A stretch of 62,329 nt of DNA, the filler included, from Choristocarpus tenellus KU-1152 (lineage: Eukaryota > Protista > Phaeophyceae): the NCBI GenBank assembly GCA_964200185.2. It is 9 parts of 9 records of this genome, joined end to end, with 100 filler letters (N's around TTAATTAATTAA, not from the genome) between each part and the next. Parts side by side here need not be neighbours in the genome. Positions count along the whole stretch, not along the records: positions 1 to 4,639 come from CAXNAD020013677.1; positions 4,740 to 17,046 come from CAXNAD020001882.1; 7 more parts are not named here. One strand, given 5' to 3'. The notes below the pieces were generated by a model. It searched no databases. It worked only from the letters and a program-made list of their open reading frames with translations, and was not told the origin of the DNA. A program made the position numbers and the translations under genes. Below, one piece after another: positions 1 through 13,100 of the stretch; the first letter of the stretch is position 1, and every line of letters starts with the position of its first letter.

Positions 1-60
1 CTGAGTGAACCACGCCGCCACAGAATCACACGATTCACATCTACAAGGATACTAACAGTA

Positions 61-3000
61 CAGTATAACCCTCCCTGCCATGGATCAAATGCAGCTGCAC
101 CGATGTGCACCGCCCATCGCACGCACTGAGTAAAACAATTTATTCGCTAATAAAAAAATCGTGACTCCAAAAAAAACGTGGATGTCCGCTTGTTTGATTG
201 CCCTTACCCCAATTGTGCTGAGCCAAGCTAGCATTGCTTTCCGGAGGTAGTAAGAAACATCCCTCATACTGCACTCTTCAGCACTTGCTTCTAAGCTTGC
301 AAACTCGTCAGCTACTTGAGAGTACGGCAGTGGAGGAATCAAGAACACTGAAGAGGCAGGCTACTCCTTTCCTCAAGGTCACTGATGCGCTACCCCCTCC
401 CATAAACCCATCATCACCCTTGTCACCCGAGCTTTCACTGTCTGACTGGTACAAGGATTCCTCGAGCAGCTTGTCTTTCATGTCCTCTAGTATTGCATTG
501 GCCGCTTCATCTTTGTCTTCCACACTGATCTGCACTCTCGCTGCGTTGAAGGAAGCCTGAGACCGTTTCCGCCGGGTTTGAGGCGCAGAGCGTCAAGAGC
601 ATCAGAGAGATCTTCATAAACATGGCCTCTCCTCGTGCCGACACTCAAGCGCTGCATGGTTTGCATCAGCTTGTTGGTGTCCTCAACAGAGCTGTCAGTG
701 CTGGAGGTGAACTTGTTTGAGGTACAAGTATTTTTGCCAAACTTTGAGGTCAGCTCCACTTGGACAGGCACATGGAGGATGTTGGCCTTAATCCAGCACC
801 TGCCGTGGAATAACATGCACAAAGGTTGCCGATAGGGAGGGGAGCAGATTGTGAGTGAGTTGAACCAATCTAGAATACACAAAGGAGGGCAGTCGTAGGG
901 TAAAGATGCCTTCCAACGATTGAAAATATGACGGGAGAAAAGAAAACACGTGCTTCAGCAGGGCACGACAGGACTTGTACGTCACGAGCAGGGGATTAAT
1001 ACTGTATACTGCTTACTAAATGACGTGGCAGAGACCTGGCGATGGTTTTTCAGATATCCCCTCCATGCTCCATGGCCGATTTCCGCTGCATCTAAGATGT
1101 GTGGGTGATACCCTTCCACCAGCCCCATCATACCTGATACCATATTCCGTTTCTTCGCCTGCTCACGGAGTTGTGTGGACAACAACATTGTGTCCACCCG
1201 GGTTGACAGCAGCTTCATCCTGTGCTTAGCCTTCCATGCCGCGATAATGCCTTGGTCCATCGGCTGGTGTTTGCTGGTGAAGTTGGGCAGTAGCTCCAGC
1301 TAGGTCACCTGCCCCGTTGGATCTTTGAGCCCCTCATGACTGCAGTGGTTGTCCATGAGGACGAGAACCTCTTTGCTCGTAAAGTTCCGCATGTAAAGGC
1401 AAAAATAGCTTTGTCCACCACAGCTTAAACATGCGCACGTTGGACCAGGCATTGGTCTGAGAGAAGTAGGTGATAGGAGGTTTGAGGAGACGGAAGAACC
1501 TTGGATTCTTGGAGTTGCCAATAAATGATAGTGGTACCTTCTGAGATCCAGTAGCATTGGTCACGATATAACCTGTCACCTGATCCTTTGCATTGCCTTT
1601 ACCCTCCGCATGGTCTTCCTGTCCTGGCCAGGCGTGAGAAAGGACTGCTCTGGTAGGAGGTGGTAAAACAACCCAGTTTCATCCATGTTGAAGACACACT
1701 CTGGGTTGTACTTGGCATACACTTCACGGACTTTTTTCAGGCCATCGGCAATGCCTGCAATTTCGGCACTGCCTGCCTCTCCGTGAAGAGCCTTGCTACC
1801 TAGCTTATTGCGGGCAAGAAAATTCCTCAACCAGCCATCTGACATGACGAAATCTCTATACTTGGCTCGCTCCTTGTCTGTTCTTGCTCCACTCATGAAA
1901 GCAGAACAAACCCTTCTGCCCAAACGTCTGAAGGTTAGCTCGAGAAACAGGTAGTTTTGGAGTTCTTGCTACTTGGAATAGTTACAAGACTCTGTCGTCC
2001 AAATATGGGACGGTGGGTGGATGGGCGATACAAAATTGCTTAATGTTGAGTCTTGGCAGGATGTGCTTACAGATGCAAAACCGCACGGTAAAAATTAAAA
2101 TTGTATGGGTGGACACTGAGTTAAGTGAGGTGTTCCACCTTTGATATCGGATTATGACATGAATCAAAGATGTACAAAAATTGGCAGAGGGACCCAAACA
2201 AAAAATTAGCGATGTGTGTGTGTCATACTGCTGGCCACTGTTTTGGGCTACACTGCACGGAACGCCCTCCATCCACTTGGAATATATGCTTAACATCAGC
2301 AGTTCATCAGCGCATTCTTTGGTATGTTCATGAGTGGTCGGCGTGCGGAGGTGGCTATACATTTTTTCCGGAAGAGTTGAAACTACGAGTCTAGCTACAA
2401 GTCGTGTTCTTGGTTTTTATTATTTGCATAAACAGCACTCTCAGCCCATGGTCACAGGACCAGTCAATAATTAGAAATATGTCCCTGTTGAAGAGGCCAG
2501 GGTTTAATAATATACCATAATACAGGGTGCATTAAGCGGCAAGTATATACAGAACAACTGAGGGAAACTCTTAACCGTCTGGATTATAATGTTCCATGCT
2601 TGGGTTGTGGATCATCGGGCTTAGGAATGAGCGAAATTATCTTAGAGGGTACGAGTTTCGTCCTGTTTGTCCATTTGGGGCTTAGCTTCCCATGGTCTCT
2701 TTTTATTATATTTTCCTACTCCAAAATGTTTAGGTGTAGGTAAAGTGTATATGTCATGAAAATGTGTGTCTGGAACAAGGATATTGACACTTCCTAACAA
2801 ATACCATAGCCAAAATTCCATTATTATCGCAACATTGGATTTTGGTCCCCAAATGGACGCGGCTCTTCCCTCTAAGATACTTTGGTACGAATGCAATGTC
2901 AACTCCTTAAAAATTTCGATACTGTGCAGGTACTCACTGTACTATGTTCTTTACATTATTGTCATACGACAAGATTGGATGCAGTACAGTCAGTACTGGA

Positions 3001-3701
3001 CTACTACGCTGTACTACTGCAGCAGACTGCACGGTTCAACTCTGTACGGCGTAATTGAGAGAGGTAACTTCAGGACACCACACACCAACTATACAGCAAA
3101 ACACGTTTATGTTTTACACCCAGCGTACGGAGAGCACTTGAGAGACTAAACTGGAACTGCAATTTTGAAATGTAGGAGGTACAGGACGGGTGGCCATTTT
3201 GGACGTTATGACACCTTGTACAAGGTGCCCCTATATATCAATCCCATATGGATATCTTGTGGGATGTGCCTCTACGAGCAAATTGACCACCCGTGATACT
3301 ACAGTACACAGTACAGACATTACAGTTTGACAGAAACGAGCGCCAAATTAAAAAAATCATGATCCTCATCAGTAGATAGTGCATAAATTCAATCACTACG
3401 AGAATCAAGCTTCTTCCAGAAAATTCAATCCACGTACTGACGAACCACGATATGTTTGGCACCCCTCGTAGACTTGGCGTCAGGCTTCAGCGTCTGCACT
3501 TTCTTCATGATGGTTGTTGCCTCCTTCTTCAACTTGTAGAGGGTGCTGTGACCGTTTCCAAACTTTTGAGAAACTGCAGTTCCCGTCATGGGTCTTCAGG
3601 AGTACCAACGCTTCCACCTTCTCTGTAAAGCTCAAGCGTTTATGAATGTTGGCCCTGCAAGGCTTGTAGGACGCGTCTTTCTCCGTAGAGTTATTTGGCA
3701 C
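61..3701 (-). mobile_element. Decayed pogo/Tigger (Tc1/mariner superfamily) DNA transposon; transposase pseudogene with introns
   Basis: Minus-strand fragments in canonical order: N-terminal HTH (KRLSFTEKVEALVLLK / frameshift / MTGTAVSQKFGNGHSTLYKLKK, ~3445-3701); CENP-B HTH (LDDRVL*LFQVARTPKLPVS...SDGWLRNFLARN...LHGEAGS, ~1770-2003); catalytic VFNMDETGLFY, LVLMDNHCSH and QPMDQGII (31 residues between D2 and D3); TIAR|CWIKANIL across a GT-AG intron 800-1035. Stops and frameshifts present. TA|CAGTATAACC at 59-70 fits a pogo terminus. Confidence 0.88.
2629..2888 (+). mobile_element. MITE family A copy (260 bp)
   Basis: TIR core AAAGTATCTTAGAGGGTA / TACCCTCTAAGATACTTT (degenerate here), subterminal TCCATTTGGGG motif at both ends, flanked by GAAT/GAAT; alignable with four other copies in the window. 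Confidence 0.85.
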
Positions 3702-4639
3702 TACTTTCCCTTTCCCTTGCTCTTGTTATTGTTGCGCTTCAACGCCGTGTTGTCACCGGCTAGAGGAATGGAAGCCTTACGCTTGGTAGGGCTCCTCCAC
3801 AATTTGCACACTCATCTCTCTTCGCTGGCATCAAAAGGATCCACCACGCTGCAAATGCCATGATGATAGTCGCTACAAATGCGACACTTATGGCATGTAT
3901 AGTGTGACGGACCTGGAGTATTACCCTGTATGTTGCAGCTGGATCCCACTGCGCAGAGCATCGTATTGTACAATGTAGTCGTCTAAATTTGATGTGATAT
4001 ACTGTATGTACTTGTACTGTACAGTATAGAGAGACAAAGGACTGCTATGCTGTGTACTGCTGGTCTCGACCAGCTTTATGTCTTTGTTATTTTTTGCTTA
4101 ACTTCAGACACAGCTTATTGGGAAACCTGTCGGTTAAGTAGTGAAAAAAAGGCAAAGTTTATGAAGTAATCTGGGTTTTGTGGGTGGAAGAATTCTGGTT
4201 GGAGGGGGGCACAGGGGAAGGGGAAGGACAGGAAGAAAAATAAGAATTAGCAAGAGGGTGAACGAAGAGTTAAGCACTGAGTGGCTAGGAGAGGGAGGAG
4301 AGAAGTTAAAGAAAATAGTGGTAGATGGAGGCACAAGGAAAGACGAAATGGCCAGTATTGAAAAGAATACCTAGGGCTGATGGTACAGGATGAGGAGGGC
4401 TAGAACAAGACAAGCTCTGAGCAAGCTTTTCCGCCCACCCACCCTGTCGCTTGCTCACGACCATTGGGGGTGCTGGGAAAGGAAGGGGAGGTCAAGTTCG
4501 GGTGGGGTAGATGTCTTCTAGCTCAAAGGCACGGTATGAAGTGGATCATGAAGGGGTGTTTGGATTATTGTTGAGTGGGGTTGAATGGTGTGGTGGACTG
4601 TTAAGTGGAGTGGGGTTAAGTAGAGGGGTAACTGGTGGG

Positions 4640-4739
4640 NNNNNNNNNNNNNNNNNNNNNNNNNNNNNNNNNNNNNNNNNNNNTTAATTAATTAANNNNN
4701 NNNNNNNNNNNNNNNNNNNNNNNNNNNNNNNNNNNNNNN
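4640..4739. other. Assembly gap with artificial TTAATTAATTAA linker (also 17047-17146, 25749-25848, 34594-34693, 39801-39900, 52429-52528, 55419-55518, 59367-59466)
   Basis: Same N-TTAATTAATTAA-N 100-nt block eight times; the linker gives stops in all six frames. Confidence 0.98.
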
Positions 4740-6021
4740 GGGGGACCACAAGGGCAGATCAAGCATATTCCCTAATGAACCAACCGCCTACCTTAATCCT
4801 CTTTTATCTGAATCAAAATTCAGTCCATCACAGACGGTTGCTCTCCTCCTAACAGACACTCTCGCCACCCAGAGGGGACTTTCCCCTGCACCTGCATCCC
4901 TTTCTCCTGCACCACCATTCCCAGTATCGTTTCCGTGGTGCTTCCCATGCTGCCGCCGCCCTCGCCGCCCCCCAACCCCAGCTCCCCTGCCAGGCTGTAC
5001 CTGTGAATGGTTTTTCGTACAGAGACAGCACGACCGCGTTTGAGAGCCCTCATTCTGCAAGGAGCTTCTTAGAACGAATGTCGCGATTCAAATTTCATCG
5101 CAGGTATAACTTGAAACCGGCTATAAAACCGGCTATAAAACATCTTCAGTACACTCAATTAGAACCGAGTAGTGCACAAGGGCGATGTCACACGAAACAA
5201 GGACCAGACCGGGTGCAAAGCACAGTAATAATAAGAAAGAAAAAATAAATAAATATATATATATATACAGCGGAACGTAGAGCAAGCACACACAGATCGC
5301 AGAAAATAAATAAATAACCAAATAGCAACCTTCAATGCGGATACCGATCGTTCTTCACATCATAAAATTGATTCGATTGCGATTTCTAACTCCACTACAT
5401 ACTTACCGCAGTGGGGAAAATTCACAATGATAACACTTCAAATTCGTAAATTGACTAGCACTAGCTTGAAAGTATCTATACTACCATACGTGTGACAGAG
5501 TCGAGTTCGTGAGTTTGTGCACTGAACCTCTGTATCCAGAAATCTTGGCAAGCTTTGTATGTATCTTGTCATAATTGCTTCCGATATTTGTCGTATGTAC
5601 AAAGGGAGAAGTAGCAACAAGAATATGATGTTCATATTTTTTTTCTGTATTATCATGACACGGTTGGAAGCACAACATCACTTCATACAGTTATCAGTTT
5701 CAAGCTGTATGTGTATCCTATACTAGTGGAATTTTTTAATTTTTTTGCTCGTCACACAAGTTAGAAACAAAAAACATCTTTGAAGCAAGACGTGCATAGA
5801 CATCACACTTCTGAAAGACCCTGCAGCTTGTATAAAGTAGTAAACATTACCCCGATAAATTGCAACAGAAGACGGAAAGGAGGAAGGGGGGGGGGGGAGG
5901 GAATGGCATACATATCAAAGGGGAGCGAATAGCCAAACCTCCTCACCTTCAGTGAAGGGTGACACTTGTCAGAATCAAGGCTTCAAAACATCAACAGCAG
6001 TCATGAAAGAATTACTACCAC

Positions 6022-7901
6022 TCAACATAACACAGAACAGCTAGTAGAACCTAGCCAACAAGAAGAAAGCAACTCCCTCAAGCACCAAATTCCCCCCCTC
6101 CCCCTCCCCAATATTCCCCTTCTCACAATTATTGTGGATATTGCAGCCCCAACTGCAGCTGCCATCACATGCAAGGTATCTAAAGAGGCCCGCAATTCTG
6201 GGAAGGGCGCGCCACTGGCCCTACCATCATCCTCATACCCCAACATGTACTTAGCCTTCCCTCGCCCCTCATTGAGCCTCCAGTTCATCTTTGGGGGGGA
6301 GGGGGGTTGGGGAAACAGGAGGTTTTAGAATCAGGCGTTAGGGTTTGTGCACTCTAGAACAGGCTTCACACTTTCAAAAAAAGAAAAATTTGCAAAGGTT
6401 ACAGAAAGTTTTGGTGAACAGTAAAACATTACTTTCAATCTCCAACATGTTTGCGTCCAGTTCGTGAGTTACCCTCTCATCCAAAAGGTGGAAGTTTTCA
6501 TTTCAAATCTTCAACTGTGATAACAAAAATATTGTGTATCATGACAAAAATATGAATACAAACGGTAACATTAAAAACGATCTTTGAGTTTCAACTGTGC
6601 AGAAATGGACGAAAAAAACAACCTGAAGAAAAAATTATGGACAAAGAGTAAGCAAGATTTGGATATAGCACACAAAAAAAAAAGTGATGAGCAGGATATG
6701 ACCCAGAAAACAAGAGCAGGACCAACCAGTAGTGTCCTTGGATCCCCCCTTACAACACATATCACACATCAGGCTTGAAGGTTCTTGCTACAGCACTCCA
6801 AAGTGCCAAATGAATGCAGGGACTGAACTTACAGTAGTTCCCCAACTGTTATATCTTTCTTTTTCTCCCCCCCCCAAAAAAAAAACCCCAGTTATTCTGC
6901 AAATGCACAAATTGTTCCAATACACCTTGATCTGAGGATGGGAAAGGGTTCAAGGACTCGAGAGTGATACAAAAGAATCCATATTCTGGAAGAAACGAAG
7001 GCCTTCTGACTGGTTGGGGAAAGTCAGTATTCAAAGAGATTCTGCATAGCAGCGGGAAACATAGATCATGTTGAATTACACATAAAAAACTCTAGGTACC
7101 AAGAAAGGCAATCAAATCAACATCTCCCACTTAGTCCCTACCCTTCCCCTGCTACCTCACCCCTTCATTTCAGACCATTCAAGTCCCCAACAGAGGTACC
7201 TACATGTGACCTACCTGAGTGCACAGGTGCTCTAGCCTATCCAATGGTACATTCAAAAGCTTCAGCTTGTACTCCACATTCCCCTCATCGTCCTCCTGGC
7301 AAACATCCATAGCTCTACCATGCTCAAATTGCCAATCACCATGCATCATAATGCCACCCCCCAGCTCTTCCCCCCAGCTCCCTCCCTCCCTTCCTTCTTC
7401 CTTCTTTGATGAAGACAAGCTGGACAATGGTGATGCCCTTTGTTCAACATTATTCTGCAATTTGCTACACTCCCCGCCAGTATGTCCCTTTTGCAGCACT
7501 GGGTCTATGCCTTGCCCTGAGCTTGCCAACACACTTACCAGGGCAGAATCCACCTTGCCATCAAGTCCAGCAATGAGGAGATCATTACCGGCCTCTTCCC
7601 AGCACATCCAATTATCCCCGTCTCCTTCCCAACAGTTCAAGCCTTCCTCTCTGTCTGTGAACATGGCAGTTGCCGTTGCCTCTCCAATTGTCACTGCCCC
7701 AGTAGTCAGTGGTGCTGTTGCTTTGCCTAAATCCAGGAGATCCCCTTCTTCTATAGTAGCACTGTGTGTTCCCACAACCACCACCATATCGACTCCTGGC
7801 ACTCCACCTTTTGTCAGAAATAGGACTAGCTCCTCTCTGTTCGAGCAAGCTAAAACAGCTGCAAGGATCGCACAATCGCTCAACAACAACCCCCTCCCCA
7901 A
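6022..7901 (-). CDS. GTPBP1/GTPBP2-like protein, N-terminal domain exons (no G-domain seen)
   Basis: Exon ending at 7215 (…EDDEGNVEYKLKLLNVPLDRLEHLCTQ|gtaggt) splices in phase 0 to the exon starting at 6288 (aag|MNWRLNEGRGKAKYMLGYEDDG…LDTLHVMAAAVGA), matching the GTPBP2 signature GNxEYKLKL…TQMKWRLxEGxGxAxYxIGVEDxG. The second exon ends either at donor 6127 or at the stop at 6022. Start codon uncertain; possible upstream exons near 8534-8589 and 8655-8709. Confidence 0.8.
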
Positions 7902-10150
7902 AAGGGAAGAAAAATCAAAATTATATCTTTTCCGCAGCCCTCCGTGAATCTCTTCTTCGTCACACTACTGATTGTTGTCTTCTTAACTGTGTCTACTTAA
8001 TCGGACTGCCCTGCACACACCAGCGCGCACGTATGTGCGGGAATGCCAATGTACGACTGTATGGTTCTCACTGAGTTTTGATCACCGAGTATAAATTTGC
8101 AGAGAAGTCTGTAAATATTTTTTCAGTTGCCCCCCTAACCGGAAGTCTAGTACGGTCGCGTTGGGACCCTGAGGGAATCCTTGTCGCTTAACCATCATGC
8201 AGTCCCTCGAATTGCCTCCCTTCTCTCATATGCCGTGGGAACATTGTGTACATTGTGTAACCAGGTTGCAAAGGATGATGGGTGGGTGCAACAGTGAGAT
8301 GGTCATTTACAGCAGGTCTCAATTCTTGGCGAGCAGAGGAAGATGTTCAAATGTTCGAGTCGTGTCGCACATTTTGTTCATACTGTAGATTCGCTTATCT
8401 AGAGAAGCAATTTGCTTATAGAGATTCACCCTGCACAGGATGCCAACAAAAACAATGAGCCGACCTTGGACAAGGGAAGATGGCGAAAGAGAACCATCAT
8501 CACTTCATCGATAAAACATGCGTGAACACCTACCTGCTTTGACCCTGGGGGGGAGAACCGGTACACTGCCTCGTTTCCCGTGCAATAATTACTTGACTGG
8601 TCAGCCCACTAGTAAGGATAGTAAGCTAGAGCTTGTATGCATGCCACAACTCACCTAGGCAGAACGCACCATGCTCTGGCAAAATTCGATGCACGAATGT
8701 TGATTGAACCTGTTTTGACTCGGAGAGACAAGGGGATACAGGATAAAAAAATCAGGATTCAGGGGAGGGCACACCAATCAAAATGGTAGCGGCATCGCCC
8801 AATCACTTTTAATTTATTCTCCAATTCATTTACACAACCCGATATGCAGGCGGTTTGGATCTATGCCAGTAAATGCTCCGAGCGGATCGCATGAGATGCG
8901 TAGCGATATAGCAGGTCCTAGCTCTAAGTCCTTGGTTTTTCAAATATGTCACCAAGCCCTTCCCTCACGCTAATCTAAGCAGTTGAGTACCTGTGTTCAC
9001 TCCACAGTCGTGCCCCCTCAAAATTGTTGTGGCCTAGGTAGCTCAAAGGTATGAACTAGGTTTCTTCAAGCTGATCCTTGATTTTAACCATTTAAAATCC
9101 TTGTTTTTCCCCTTTCCTATTCCTGAATTGGCGGTCGGTCACATGACAACAATATATATAAAAAATATATATGTGATTGGAGAATAATATGATATATGAT
9201 GGGAGAACAAACTGGCCCTCTACCTCTACTCATAATAAGACGATTACTCAAAAAAACGTAGGATTAGAATTCTACATAATATTTTATACCTAGTTTTCAA
9301 ATAGTAAATTGATTTGAAGAGATACTTTCGCATGTACCACACACAACTACTGTCATTGTACTTTTACTTTTTAACAGGTCTTTGTGATATTGGATTGGCT
9401 TTTCGTCTGACACATGTAAAAATGTTAGATGTGAAACAGATGGAAACGGGGAGACAGGTTCTTCTTCAGACTAAAGGGGAAAAGGATAACGCACAGGAAG
9501 GAAGGAATAGGGAGAGAGAAAGGAGGAGGGTGAGCAATCTCTCTGAAGGTTACTCAGGGAAGGAGTGAACAGGAAAGTGAACGAAGGGGGTTTGTAACCT
9601 CCACTCAACCACCCGATATCTACTTCAGCAAGCAAATAAATGCTGATGTCAATATGAGGTATATCTACTAAAAGATAGGCACTTTAAAGATATACCTTGG
9701 TTGGAAGGTGAATATGAGATAAAAGTATGCAATACGCAATACGCAATACGCAATATGTAACCCACTTCTATATACATTATCAATACCTCAAATCCTCATG
9801 TACCGTTACTTCTTTCTTACTACTATTACTATTTCTTTAGTATACCACTATTCTATAACTTTACGAAAATTGGAAGATGATCAACCTGGTTCAGACAAAA
9901 AGGAGACTTGAGTCTTGTACAGGAATCGTATCTCGCTGATCGAAGGGTGCGCACCTTAATCATATCCCATCGCAAAGGAAGGGGTCATATGGGAGTGCAA
10001 TATGCTAAAGACGATTGACCCCCTCTTCCCCTTAGGCCTGCCAACCTTATGTTTCGTGCACCTCGATGATGGACCTAGCCCGTCCGCGATGGCGGCATCA
10101 GATGACAGGGGGTGAGTTGAGACCTTTATCTTCGAGGCCTAAACACACAG

Positions 10151-13100
10151 GCAGGGCAGTCTGTGGAAGAGAAACTCAATGTTGAGAAGAAGACGGTTTC
10201 AGTGCGACTGGTTGGGATTGACCAGTTACTCCCACGTGAAAATCGCAGGAACAAGGTGGTCATTGACGAGCAACCTCATCCTGTGGAGCGCACCTTCGAC
10301 TCCAGGCTTGACAAGGAAGATCACATCTTTCAAGAGGTGCCCTGTGCTTCAGACACACTCCACATTGATTCAGTCATTTCAAGTCACTGAATTGAGAGCG
10401 TAAAGATGTTGAGTCGGACGGAGTAGATGACGTTGGTACTGACTGCTCAGCACTCTCGATTGCCCCCAAAAAGAGCCCCAAAACGCTAACTAACAAGGAC
10501 GGAGAAATCCTCCACAAATGGTATAGGCCGTAGCTTATTATCTTCTCATCTCTCCCGTGCCACCACATAGATTCTGGAGGTTGGGAGGGAGGATAGTCGA
10601 CATCCAGTCCCCCTGCACAACTTCGTTGAGGACTCCGTATCAGTATGTTTCATTCTTGCAGGTATGTCATTCCCTTGCCTTTTCCCCCTTCAAAGTGTTT
10701 TGTGCTACTCAAATACCACACTGATTTACTCGTAAGGACTATCTGCAATCTTTGCGACTCCCTTTCTTATCGTACAGATCATCTTGGCCTACACGAAAGG
10801 GAGGGTTTGTCATAGACGTGTGCCATTTTAGAGTTCAGCTTGCACTGCAGACCTCCAAGTGATAAAGTACACAGAGCAGAATGATGTGACAAAGCTGTAA
10901 TAAAGAGAACACTTCCACACCATGCATGTGTTCCTGGTTTTGACGTGTATGGGGCAGGGACCTCAACAAGTAACAAGCGGATGTTGTACCAGGGGCCTGA
11001 TGATTCGGATGAGTCGATTGGACTAGTAGGCTGGGTCTTCCGTCCAATATTCCAACACTTGCGAGAGAAAAGTGTTAAGATGCAGGTAAGAATTTTCAAG
11101 GGGGAAAGCCCGGGATTAGGGTCATTGTGCATGGAATGGAATTGTAACTTAAAACGTGCTGATGCCTTGGACAAGCCACCAATATTGGGATCGTGTGTCA
11201 CATGATTGTGCTGTTGTGCCTTTCAGTATCCACCTTTAAGAGAGGTAAGAAGCTCGGAAAGGAAACAAAAAAGAAGCTTTTACTAGCCAATGTTGATGGA
11301 CATATTTTAAACCATGAATATCTGAATAAATACTTTAATGCAACTCTGGGAGTCATACTGCTCTTGGATACAAAAATATTGCAATTAAATAAAATTGTGC
11401 ACCCAGGGGGTGTAGAAGCTCTTGGTTCTTGCAAGTGTAGATTGAGTTGCTTATGCAAGGGTTTTTGCTAGTGCTTTCTATGATGTGCTCGAAAGAATTA
11501 ATTAAAGAGTGTTATTTCTGGCGGGAAAAGCACTAAAGTGCCACGGAGGGGAAAGTACAACCTGGCATCCACATAAATGATTTTCAGATCACTGAAACGA
11601 GTCAAAACAGAAACTGTAGTCTATCCTCCTCCGAGCTTGCTGATGGACAAGGAACTTCCCTCTACTGCTGTACAGGCCGATCTGACTGAAAAGACCTGCA
11701 ACCACCCAAAGCGAGGTTCAATTCACCTCGATATGTAGAAAATAACCACACCCTCTTACACTTTTAAGGGAGAAGGCACTTGACAAAATATGTGGATTTG
11801 CACCATTTTGGAATGTTCATTTGTGCACTTTGTAGAATGGCCAGCTTGTGTTATATGCAAAAACAAAGCAACCTTCATAGCCCAGTCATAAAGTTTGAAG
11901 AAGCGAACTCAGAACAGTGTTTCTTGTGATGAGGTACATTGATTGCACTTACTCCAAGACCATATAGCTCGATGGACACTAGGAGCTGTGAGCTGAGTCG
12001 GACTTCACCATGGTGATCAAAGTGGTGTAGAACTCCACCCAGGGTTAAAATTTGATTGAAAAACCAAATGCTACTCATCTCCTATAAAAATTTAACTGCA
12101 TTTCTTGTCCATCCATCTGAGTGAAAGTATCTTAGAGGATACAAGTTGCGCCCTGTTTGTCTATTTGGGGCTTGGCTCTCCACGGGTTTTAAATGACATT
12201 TTACCTACTCCAAAGTGTTTCGGAGTAGGTAAAATGTATATGTCATGAAAAGGTGTGTCTGGAACAAGGATATTGACACTTCCTAACAAACATGGTAGCC
12301 AAAATTACATCAAAATTGCAACATTGGATTTTGTCCCCCAAATGGACTCGGCTCTACCCTTTAAGATACTTTGACTCATCCATCTCTCATTCCAAGTTCC
12401 CAATCTACCATAACTTACCACCAACACTTTTGAGTGACAATTTCAGACTGAATAGGTTGTTCTGGGTCAAGGTGACATTCTATACAATCGGTGCATTGCC
12501 CAACTCATCGTTGCTCTAGAGTTAATCATTTACAAACAAACAAAAATTGGGGGGGGGAGGGCGCAGTCGGATCAGCCTGAAGAATATTTTTCCAAGGTAT
12601 TGACATTGACAGGTATTTGTACCTTGTCTTTTAGAGCACACCCACAATTCACACATGATACTTTCTTATCAGGTAGGCGTTTTTGTGTTAGTCTTTTCGT
12701 TTTGAACAAAGTGTCTCATCCTCACTTTCCCTGTGGTACCCATTTATCACCAACCTCACAGTCTAGATAAATGTAAACAAAGTCAGTACCTGCATGTATC
12801 CTGCTGTGATCATGTTTTTTATTCTGCCGCCCACAAAATGACATGAATATTATCTCAACGCAATTTCTTCCTGTAGTAGCTTGGCATACCATTGAAGCAT
12901 ACACATGCCCAGAAGTTTCCAATGCCACCTGTGCACATGCAGCTTTCTATGATTGGGCGTAACCTTTTTCCAAATCTTCTGCGATCTTGATAGGGTATAC
13001 CCTTTGATCGTCCCCTCGTAAACCGCTAATATAAAATGTTGAACTCTTCTATGTGTGTCCAAGTGTGTATTGTGCGTATCCAGACAGTGTAGCTGCGTTC

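Noticed and set aside
4684-4695. Recurrent TTAATTAATTAA motif
   Set aside because: Scaffolding linker embedded in N runs; not biological.
4788-5060. Exon-like segment as the continuation of the GTPBP-like gene
   Set aside because: Has plausible splice sites but no GTPBP similarity in any frame; cannot be assigned.
5399-5470. ATACTTACC… resembling the U1 snRNA 5' end
   Set aside because: No U1 stem-loops, ATTGCACT loop or Sm site follow; it is equally the reverse complement of a consensus 5' splice site (G|GTAAGTAT) on the minus strand.
7219-7947. 242-aa Ser/Pro-rich plus-strand ORF
   Set aside because: Antisense shadow of the GTPBP-like exon.
9990-11060. Minus-strand MULE/SWIM-like reading
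   Set aside because: Explained as antisense of plus-strand kinesin exons with proper splice sites.
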